DNA from: an uncultured virus (IMG/VR IMGVR_UViG_3300022867_000010)
Lineage: Duplodnaviria > Heunggongvirae > Uroviricota > Caudoviricetes
Virus record (IMG/VR): IMGVR_UViG_3300022867_000010
Reading direction: 5' to 3' (one strand)
DNA: 64,000 nucleotides
Each line of letters begins with the position of its first letter. Position 1 is the first letter of the stretch. The notes below the pieces were generated by a model. It did not search any database. It saw nothing but the letters and a program-made list of their open reading frames with translations, and was not told the DNA's origin. Position numbers and translations under genes: made by a program. Positions 48,800 through 56,619 of the stretch are shown piece after piece.

Positions 48800-49690
48800 T
48801 TATTCATGTGAATGGGTGTCAAGAGAGACATTAGATGAATCTATAGTTGCTCCTGTTATACCACCTACAGCAGATATGGTTGACCCAGCGGAGATTGCAG
48901 TACCTGCCGTGATCGATGTACCTGCAATGATGCTTCCACCAACACTCAAGTTGCCTGTAATCGTGGTGGAGGCACACGTTAATATAGTACTTCCCCCGAC
49001 AGTTATGTTAGCATCAGAATCAATATTGACTTGCATTGCACCCGTGATATGCACCTTGTCATTGCCCGTGGTTACAGACCATTTGTTTCCATTTCGGGTG
49101 ACCATATCTCCGTTGGGGTGTATTTCAACGAGTGTGCCGCTTTTGTGCTTTATTCTTATACGTTCAGCACTAGGAGTATCATCCATTTCTATGATATGGC
49201 CTGCAGGACTCTCAATTACTTTATTGTTTGGATATACAGCAGCATAGGGTGAAGCGGGCTCATTTATTATAGAATCGGGTGTGTATGATATTGTATCCGT
49301 GCCGGTAGCAAGTTTATTAACGTCACTTCTATTTAAATAATCGCTCTTGGGATAATTACCTGTCACATCCGAGAATCCTTTCGATGTGTCGGGCATTCCG
49401 CCCTGTAACGCCATCATTGTTCCTATAATAACTGGGTCTTGGTGCGAATCTCCATCTTTGAAAAACCCAAACACCCAACTACCTGCATATAATCCATGAG
49501 GGGATGCTCCAAGGCCGGACATTCCAGACGAGGTACAGGGCATCATAACAGTTGCCCATGGTAAATCCTTGGTGGGTATTAATGTTTTGTCGTCGGTGTG
49601 AAAACCAAAACACCTTGCACGAACTCTATTTAACATGCTCGGGTCTTGTATGTCTTCAATTACACCTGAAAACCACATAAAATTATTCAT
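48800..49690 (-). CDS. 5: Baseplate central spike (gp5), short form without lysozyme domain
   Basis: WF.GV.ED..DP...RVR.RC.G.H, LPWA, YP.N.V.E...GH..E.DDTP..ERI...H.SGT; ends in LDTHSHE. Confidence 0.9.
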   Translation of the reverse strand: MNNFMWFSGVIEDIQDPSMLNRVRARCFGFHTDDKTLIPTKDLPWATVMMPCTSSGMSGLGASPHGLYAGSWVFGFFKDGDSHQDPVIIGTMMALQGGMPDTSKGFSDVTGNYPKSDYLNRSDVNKLATGTDTISYTPDSIINEPASPYAAVYPNNKVIESPAGHIIEMDDTPSAERIRIKHKSGTLVEIHPNGDMVTRNGNKWSVTTGNDKVHITGAMQVNIDSDANITVGGSTILTCASTTITGNLSVGGSIIAGTSITAGTAISAGSTISAVGGITGATIDSSNVSLDTHSHE

Positions 49691-51015
49691 TATGTTTTAC
49701 TCGGTACATTTTCATTTAAACTTACGTCTGTACTGTCTCTAACTATTCTTACTATACATTTATACACGCCCTTTTCGAAAGAATGAACGTTGTTTATTAC
49801 CAAGTATTTACCTGACATAAACCGATCAATGTTATGTTCGGCATCAATAGCGCTTAGATCATCGAGCGCGGGGTCGATAGGTTTCGGTAATAGAATATCA
49901 ACAATAGAACCGCTACTTAGCTCGGGATTGCCAGGGACGGTCATGCTATGAACCATTGCCTGTATATTCTCCTCTATTGAATTGGTTATACCAAACATAG
50001 GAGCTATGGTTGAATTATAATTTTGTTCATTATCAAACAATAATGAGCTCTTGTTGATAATACTAAAATATGTATCACCAAACTCCGAGAGTTCGAGATT
50101 CTTGAACTTTATACCCGAGGAATAAAGAGACTGGGTATTGATAATGTTTTTGTTGTTGTATTTGAATAAGTGATTTTTATAAGTTTTCTTCGATGTATCG
50201 ACTTCAAGAGTATTGGACGAATACACACCATTATTCTGTGCTGCCAACTTAGAGAATCCCAATTCGGACGACAAGTCAATAATATTATATTTGTCTTCAT
50301 TAAACCCTGCGGCAGCATGTGGGTCACCAGCATTGTCATTACTTGCTTCTTTGTTTTTAAGTGCGTTCTTTTTATACACGCCTCGTACCTTTCGTTCAAG
50401 CATCGGTTTAAATGATTCTATTCTAATGCCATCAAACAATGTTTCATAAACAAAAAACTTATAGCCCAATTCATCGTATGCACGCTCAAGCAATGTGTCG
50501 ATTGCTTCGTTTATGTTCATGTTAGGAATAATACCCTTGATATTACCGGCAGACGTTAAACTGACGTTTGCGACCGGCGTATCTAAATCTCCTTCTATTA
50601 GATTTTTAATAATACTTACAACAGATCCGTTTATCTTTTTTGATACTCTTACTATACTTGCGAGATATCCATGTTTTGATATGCATGATAATTTATATAT
50701 CTGAGTATTGTTACCTTGGCGAGAATACAATGGTATATCAACGACATAGCACTCCTTTTCGAAAATCTCAAGTTCTTCTCCATTATGTTTTGCCAATACA
50801 AAATTGATCTTTTCGTTTCCAGATATCTTAACTAGATTGAAAAAATCCGCGGCATCAACTATAGAGAATTCATACGTTAGCGTCGATGTGTATACACTTT
50901 CCACAATTTCCACGCTCTGAATCAAGTCGCCTATATCCCAGGTAATACCGGCATGGTTGGTAAGTTCTATCTTCTTAAATTGATACGATGTAGCCGATAT
51001 ATTAGACTGACCCAT
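49690..51015 (-). CDS. Baseplate hub protein (gp27-like)
   Basis: ES.Y...L......D, FF.YET, V.GN..L..G..V, SGKYL.....H.F; between gp53 and gp5. Confidence 0.65.
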   Translation of the reverse strand: MGQSNISATSYQFKKIELTNHAGITWDIGDLIQSVEIVESVYTSTLTYEFSIVDAADFFNLVKISGNEKINFVLAKHNGEELEIFEKECYVVDIPLYSRQGNNTQIYKLSCISKHGYLASIVRVSKKINGSVVSIIKNLIEGDLDTPVANVSLTSAGNIKGIIPNMNINEAIDTLLERAYDELGYKFFVYETLFDGIRIESFKPMLERKVRGVYKKNALKNKEASNDNAGDPHAAAGFNEDKYNIIDLSSELGFSKLAAQNNGVYSSNTLEVDTSKKTYKNHLFKYNNKNIINTQSLYSSGIKFKNLELSEFGDTYFSIINKSSLLFDNEQNYNSTIAPMFGITNSIEENIQAMVHSMTVPGNPELSSGSIVDILLPKPIDPALDDLSAIDAEHNIDRFMSGKYLVINNVHSFEKGVYKCIVRIVRDSTDVSLNENVPSKT

Positions 51016-51805
51016 TTAACAACCTTTTGAATTTTAAAGCAAAATCTTGAATTAATTCAGGACGGATTGCTCTTATTGCAGATCGTTTATCATTCAATTC
51101 AGTTTCCCATTCTCTATTACTGACATAGGTTAAGGTATTATTCCCAGCACCGCCAGGGATGAATAAACTATTGTCAGTAATAAGACCATTAGCATCGGTG
51201 TAATATTTTGGAGCAATCTTTCGTTGGAATACCTGCCATGACGATATAAAATCTAATGAAGTTTCCCCTTGTACGTTCTCAGGATCCCCTGTTGCTCCCC
51301 CAGGTTTAAATGACCCTGTGACGTTCTCTAATGTGATATGATTATATCGAGAGTTCTTGGCCACGATTTTTCCTGTAGCGCCAGACAAACTACCCGTTAT
51401 TGTTTCTCCAATGGTGAAACGACCTGCCACACTATCCAGATAGTTAGTAATCAATTGATCGGAATTTCTTTGTATTGTAGGCAAAGCGCTTATCACAACA
51501 CCGGCATACTCTTCATCCATATATTTTTCAAATTCCTGTGAAGACAATGGCCAACCAGACAATCCTCCATGTAGCGTGTCATTAACGATAAAGAAAGTCC
51601 AGTAATAGTCAGGAGTTCCATATAACTTATATGATACAACATCAGGTCTCTCGCCATCGTGTATCTGATAATATTTGTAACCATTGGCATCATCGATTAT
51701 ATTTTCACGAACATGTATATATCGGAAAATGTCCTTGATGTTAGTCTTAACACTATCGGTACCGAATTCATATTTGGTGTATGGAAATGGTTTAAAAAAT
51801 GACAT
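51002..51805 (-). CDS. 53: Baseplate wedge subunit (gp53)
   Basis: FF..FP...Y, Y.I.DGERPD.VS.KLYG...YYWTF, WPLS, E.E.ND.R. Confidence 0.92.
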   Translation of the reverse strand: MSFFKPFPYTKYEFGTDSVKTNIKDIFRYIHVRENIIDDANGYKYYQIHDGERPDVVSYKLYGTPDYYWTFFIVNDTLHGGLSGWPLSSQEFEKYMDEEYAGVVISALPTIQRNSDQLITNYLDSVAGRFTIGETITGSLSGATGKIVAKNSRYNHITLENVTGSFKPGGATGDPENVQGETSLDFISSWQVFQRKIAPKYYTDANGLITDNSLFIPGGAGNNTLTYVSNREWETELNDKRSAIRAIRPELIQDFALKFKRLLNGSV

Positions 51806-51808
51806 TAT

Positions 51809-52603
51809 TTAACTCCTTTTAGCGCCATAAGAACGAACCTTATATTTTTCAAGATTATCAATGTCTTTTTGTGATAATGATCTAGTCTCTTGAAATGAAA
51901 TTGCAACATCAACTTCGCTTGGCTCACCATTTTCGAAGAACACACTAGACGTTGGATTATATGAAACATTCATAGAAGTCATGTAGGTTTCATAAATTTT
52001 CGAAATGTGTTCCATTTCGTCTTCGCCGTTGAAGAATGATATTTCGAACTTAGAAGGATATTTAAGTATAAAAGCGTCTTGTTCTTTCGGGTACATATTA
52101 CGTCTAAACGCATTAATAATAGAGGTAATCACTTTTGATTCGTCTGCATTAACTGCAATCAATTTAAATGCAAAAGAATAAGATCTAGGTGTGATGCCTG
52201 TAAATGTAACATTGGTATAAGAATTCATTACCTTTTTGTTAGCAAAGGAGAAAACTTCTCTTGCAGAAGAAAATGAAGCGCCAGGGACCACATTAGCAAG
52301 AACAGTTGCCGCAATGGCAGATCCCCAATTACCACCCGAGGATTGTTTTAGATTTCTCATTGCGCCAGAAATTGCACTACCAGTTGCCTTGGCAAAATCT
52401 CCAATACCGCCACCTGCAAGCACAGCACTACCTATTGCGCCAAGATTCATTGTACCATAACCAGCGCCATCTGCAAATGCAATACCTATAGGCATGTGAA
52501 AGTTTATTTCTTCTACCTTATCTGCATCGATAATCTTGAACTTAATAAAGGGATGAATCTTTCCTAAGTCCGAAGGAAATCTGTGTATTGTGGTTTCTGC
52601 CAT
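51809..52603 (-). CDS. 48: Baseplate tail tube cap (gp48-like)
   Basis: N....F.G...R.Y.F.FKL......ES..I..II..FR..MYP, L.YP..F.I.F, F.E...L. Confidence 0.75.
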   Translation of the reverse strand: MAETTIHRFPSDLGKIHPFIKFKIIDADKVEEINFHMPIGIAFADGAGYGTMNLGAIGSAVLAGGGIGDFAKATGSAISGAMRNLKQSSGGNWGSAIAATVLANVVPGASFSSAREVFSFANKKVMNSYTNVTFTGITPRSYSFAFKLIAVNADESKVITSIINAFRRNMYPKEQDAFILKYPSKFEISFFNGEDEMEHISKIYETYMTSMNVSYNPTSSVFFENGEPSEVDVAISFQETRSLSQKDIDNLEKYKVRSYGAKRS

Positions 52604-52616
52604 GAGGTGGTTACCT

Positions 52617-52649
52617 TATAAATAACTTTTTTGTATGTGTTTATTTATA
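52617..52649. promoter_or_regulatory. Face-to-face late promoters for gp4 (+) and gp48 (-)
   Basis: TATAAATA at 52617-52624 (+) and 52642-52649 (-). Confidence 0.75.
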
Positions 52650-52650
52650 T

Positions 52651-53091
52651 ATGGCTTATAGCGGAAAGTTTGTACCTATTAATAAAAATAAATATAAGGG
52701 TGACTGGAACAAGATAGTATACCGATCAACTTGGGAGAATGCTGCGTTCAAATGGTTGGATATGAATCCAGACATTAAGTTTTGGAATTCAGAAGAAGTG
52801 GTAATTCCTTATACATGTGCTACCGACCGGCGCAGGCATAGATATTTTGTCGATCTTTGGTTCGAGACCACGAAAGGAAAGAAGTATCTAATAGAAATTA
52901 AACCAAACAAAGAAACTAAACCACCCAAAAAAGGGGTAAGACGTACTAAAAAATATATACGAGAATCAATGACGTATGCAAAGAATATGTCTAAATGGAA
53001 TGCTGCCTCTGAATTTGCGTTAGACAATGACTGTGTATTCTTTATATGGACAGAGATCGAACTTAAGTCTCTTGGCATTAAAATTATGTAG
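52651..53091 (+). CDS. 4: Head completion nuclease (gp4)
   Basis: YSGKF.P.N..KYKGD...I.YRS.WE, W.SEE..IPY, HRYFVD, IEIKP, N..KW.AA. Confidence 0.95.
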   Translation: MAYSGKFVPINKNKYKGDWNKIVYRSTWENAAFKWLDMNPDIKFWNSEEVVIPYTCATDRRRHRYFVDLWFETTKGKKYLIEIKPNKETKPPKKGVRRTKKYIRESMTYAKNMSKWNAASEFALDNDCVFFIWTEIELKSLGIKIM

Positions 53092-53154
53092 CACATACCA
53101 ACCTGCCTCGGCAGAACTTAATTATTATAACACAATAACTAACATTTGTCAACC
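53086..53154 (-). promoter_or_regulatory. Orphan sigma70 promoter plus conserved motif, copy 2
   Basis: TTGACA-17-TATAAT (53152-53124), then AATTAAGTTCTGCCGAGGCAGGTTGGT; matches 2502-2570. Confidence 0.8.
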
Positions 53155-53172
53155 ATTATCTGAAGCAAATTT

Positions 53173-54000
53173 CTATAGTTTTAATGTCCAACCAGATCTG
53201 GTTTTATAATTAGGCCTGTTTAAAATTCTGCTAATCTGCCATTCCGATAGATTTAAATCTGCTACCATCTTCGCTCTAGTGCCAGAAAATGAGGCACCCG
53301 ATATATTGATTAATGTGTATATCTCTTCTGCTCTGCGCGCTATATACGCGATTCTGGCCATTGACATCTTTTGTCTGGTTTCCTCTGATGCTTTTTTACC
53401 TTTCGATGCTATTGACATATTGCGCTTGGCTTCCTCAGAATGTCTTTTACCAGTTCTCGTTATCGACATTTTCCGTTTAGTTTCGTCTGACATATTTAAC
53501 GCAGCAGTCCTCATACGAGCTTTTGTTTCGTCTGACTTGGCGTGGTGTAAACGCGCTTTTGTTTCGTCGGACATATTTAACTTAGCAATTCTCATACGAG
53601 CTTTTGTTTCGTCTGATCGCTTTCTACCTGTCCTTGATAATGACAGCTTTCTTTTATGTTCCACGGACTGAGGTGTGCCCAAGGTATTAAACCCCGATGC
53701 AGTTGCTTTAGATCTATTATAAAATAAAGGATTTCTTGATACATTATGATCATTATGAAGATCTATTTCATTCTGGGAAGCTTCGTCTCTCGTATCAAAT
53801 ATTGAAATGATGATCTTTTCGAAAGATAACATACCTTGTATTGATATGGACTCATCAAGATATTTTGAAGAACCCATATATGGATCATCTTCAGGTAAAC
53901 ATTTACAAGATCTGACACCGATGTAATATCGACATCTATCTGTGGGATGCAAATTAGTTATTAGATAGGTGTAGTGATAGGTATAAATAGAATTATGCAT
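53173..54000 (-). mobile_element. Seg-like GIY-YIG homing endonuclease with NUMOD3-type repeats, between gp4 and gp2
   Basis: YTYLITN...YYIGVRS...YMGSS; repeated SDETKARMR / HSEEAK; late promoter at 54069-54076 and a 12-bp leader hairpin. Confidence 0.88.
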
Positions 54001-54121
54001 TTCAATATCTCAGTTATTGTGATGATAGAATCGGAAGGTTCTTCAACCACCTTCCGATTCGTTTCTATTATTTATAACAAACCCATTTTGTGGACGATTA
54101 CAATGGCAATAAAATAACAAT

Positions 54122-54709
54122 ATGAGTTCATTATTCGACAAACTACAATCCGCGGCCTTTAGAAAAGGAATCACAGCGCGCACCAAAGAATCCAATGAGT
54201 GGTTTCGTGATCGTATCAAAGATATGGGCACGATTAATCGAAATCAATTGCTTAAGGATGAAAGATTGCAGAAACGACAAAGATTTGGTGTAGGCAATCT
54301 TTATATGTTTTTCTATAATCCCAAACATCGTAAAACACTTCCTTATTATGATGCATTTCCTCTAGCAATTATGGTAGGGCCCGCACCAGACGGCTTCTAC
54401 GGGCTTAATCTGCATTATCTACCACCTACGTTGCGTGCCAAATTGTTTGATGAGTTATTGACTATAGCCTCAAATAAGAGATTCGACGAAACGACTAAGT
54501 TTAAGTTGACGTATGAATTATTGGCAGGAGTACAAAGGTTCAAATTATTCAAACCTTGTTTAAAGCATTATCTTACAAGTCAAGTACAGAAACCTGTGGC
54601 GTTGGTCGAGGCCAGTGAATGGGAATTAAGTATTTTCCTACCGACAGAAAGTTTCAAGAAAGCCAAGAATAGTAGAGTTTGGTCCGATTCGAGGAAAGCA
54701 GCAAAATGA
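54122..54709 (+). CDS. 2: DNA end protector protein (gp2)
   Basis: YMFFY.PKH..TLPYYD.FPL, GLNLHYLP..LRA, KPC.KHYL, W....FLPT..F.K. Confidence 0.95.
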   Translation: MSSLFDKLQSAAFRKGITARTKESNEWFRDRIKDMGTINRNQLLKDERLQKRQRFGVGNLYMFFYNPKHRKTLPYYDAFPLAIMVGPAPDGFYGLNLHYLPPTLRAKLFDELLTIASNKRFDETTKFKLTYELLAGVQRFKLFKPCLKHYLTSQVQKPVALVEASEWELSIFLPTESFKKAKNSRVWSDSRKAAK

Positions 54710-55413
54710 GTATATTTAATCAGGTAAGAGATTATACAGGAGATGCAACAGGTCATTCAATCGATGCACTGAAATCTGCTATAAGTAGGAAAGGTGGAGT
54801 TGCTCAGGCCAACATGTTTGGTATTTACATGAGTCAACCTTTTATCAATAGAGATCTTAACGCTATTGGGGCAAGTGTGCTTGCAGGTAATACAGACATA
54901 ACACAAGTCTATAACGATCCACGGGATGTCTCATTTCTTTGTGAGTCGTGTTCTCTTCCTGGCAGAAGCATTGCAACTAACGATTATTCTACTTGGAATT
55001 CAAATGCAAAGAAAGTACCATACGGATTCATTAATGAAGATGTTACATTTACTTTTATTCTAACACAAGATTATAGCATGAAGCGCTTCTTCGATAATTG
55101 GATGTCTAATATAATTGATTTTGATACAAGCAGAGCAAAATATCTTAATGATTTTGTAGAAGATGTTAATATTATTCAAATGAGCAAGAATGGAACACCT
55201 ATATACAATGTTCGTCTTATAGATGCTTATCCTATAACTGTGAATGCCATAGAATTAAGCACCGCATCAGAGAACACGGTACAGAAATTGACCGTAACTT
55301 TAACTTACAAAAATTTTAAAGAGGAAGGATTGACAGACCTTGTTACCAACATTGGCAAATCATTAACCGATAACACAAAAACATTGACTAACAGTGTGAA
55401 AGATTTATTTTAA
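54706..55413 (+). CDS. Baseplate tail-tube initiator (gp54/gp19-like)
   Basis: GG.A..N.F, LCES..LPGR, FF..W...I, L..AYP.......L; start placed at the ATG overlapping the gp2 stop. Confidence 0.75.
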   Translation: MSIFNQVRDYTGDATGHSIDALKSAISRKGGVAQANMFGIYMSQPFINRDLNAIGASVLAGNTDITQVYNDPRDVSFLCESCSLPGRSIATNDYSTWNSNAKKVPYGFINEDVTFTFILTQDYSMKRFFDNWMSNIIDFDTSRAKYLNDFVEDVNIIQMSKNGTPIYNVRLIDAYPITVNAIELSTASENTVQKLTVTLTYKNFKEEGLTDLVTNIGKSLTDNTKTLTNSVKDLF

Positions 55414-55437
55414 ATAACTATATTTTGAGGATATATC

Positions 55438-56145
55438 ATGGCTTTACCAGTAATTACAGCACCAAAATACCAATTGACAATACCGTCTACAGGTAAGAAT
55501 ATTGAATACAGACCATATTTGGTAAAAGAAGAAAAGATTTTAGTTCTGGCTCTTGAGTCTGAGAATTCTAATCAAATGATTAGAGCAATACGGGACATTA
55601 TTAATATTTGCACCTTTAAAAATGTAGATGCAAACACACTCACAATATTTGATCTTGAATTTGTGTTTTTAAAATTAAGAGCAGTGTCGGTAGGTGGTAG
55701 TACTTCTCTAAAGATAAAATGTGTTGACTGTGAATCATACACTGAAATAGATCTCAACCTCGATCATGTTAAAATAAAAGGCGAAATGAAATCTGATGTA
55801 AAAATTCAACTCAACGATGATGTTGGCGTTATCATGAGATATCCAACAGTAAAAGGCACACTACTTGGTGCTAATACCGCAGACACAGATGATTACTCTA
55901 CAGCAATATCAACTATAGCCTCATGCATAGAGACCATTTATGATGCCGAGAATACTCACAGTGCGGATGCATCAACAAAAGAAGAACTTATTGATTTTAT
56001 AGAATCGTTAAGTCAAGAACAATTTGCAAAAATTAACACATTTTTTAATGATATGCCTACATTGTCTCATGATGTAGATTTTGATTGTAAATCATGTGGT
56101 ACAAATAAGACAACTACGATTAAAGGCCTTCAGAGTTTTTTCTGA
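55438..56145 (+). CDS. 26: Baseplate hub assembly protein (gp26)
   Basis: MALP....P.Y.L.IPSTG..I.YRP.LVKEEK.L, D.E..FL.LRA.SVG, C..C, GLQSFF. Confidence 0.92.
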   Translation: MALPVITAPKYQLTIPSTGKNIEYRPYLVKEEKILVLALESENSNQMIRAIRDIINICTFKNVDANTLTIFDLEFVFLKLRAVSVGGSTSLKIKCVDCESYTEIDLNLDHVKIKGEMKSDVKIQLNDDVGVIMRYPTVKGTLLGANTADTDDYSTAISTIASCIETIYDAENTHSADASTKEELIDFIESLSQEQFAKINTFFNDMPTLSHDVDFDCKSCGTNKTTTIKGLQSFF

Positions 56146-56330
56146 TAGCCCTTTCTCATGAATCGTTAGTATCTTTATATAAAACAAATTTTGCTTTAAT
56201 GCAACACCACAATTATGCATTAAGTGATCTAGATAATATGATACCATGGGAAAGGGAGATATATGTCACAATGCTTGCGGCACATATCGAAGCAGAAAAT
56301 GAACGAATCGAAAAGGAAAATAGAAAATAA
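56136..56330 (+). CDS. 51: gp51-like hub assembly catalyst, in the -1 frame of gp26
   Basis: Not in the ORF track. LIALSHESLVSLYKTNFALMQHHNYALSDLDNMIPWEREIYV...; first ATG only at 56199; begins at slippery T TTT TTC. Confidence 0.75.
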   Translation, partial: FFLIALSHESLVSLYKTNFALMQHHNYALSDLDNMIPWEREIYVTMLAAHIEAENERIEKENRK

Positions 56331-56617
56331 TGTCAATGCAAGATATGGACAATGACGGTAAAATTTCAAGCAATGATCTTGAGTTAAATAAGATCATGCA
56401 AGAATTGGATAGAGCTGAAGAAAAAGCAAACGCGCAGATGATGATGGCGTGGATTGCTTTGATCATGACTGTGTTCTTCACGGGTATGCTTTTTACTCCT
56501 ATTATATCAACTGACCGCATTGCCGCATTATCAAATGTTCTTGATTGGTTTTATATAACTCAGGCATCCATCGTGTGTGGATTTATGGGCGTTACTGCCT
56601 ATGCAAATAGGAAATAG
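56330..56617 (+). CDS. Small two-TM membrane protein (holin candidate)
   Basis: Two hydrophobic helices; N-terminal DMDNDGKIS EF-hand-like loop; basic C-terminus. Confidence 0.5.
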   Translation: MSMQDMDNDGKISSNDLELNKIMQELDRAEEKANAQMMMAWIALIMTVFFTGMLFTPIISTDRIAALSNVLDWFYITQASIVCGFMGVTAYANRK

Positions 56618-56619
56618 AC

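Noticed and set aside
48756..49247. 163-aa plus-strand ORF and similar antisense ORFs (8498-8923, 27924-28553, 53279-53671, 57123-57965)
   Set aside because: They are shadows of well-supported genes on the opposite strand, with no SD or recognisable motifs.
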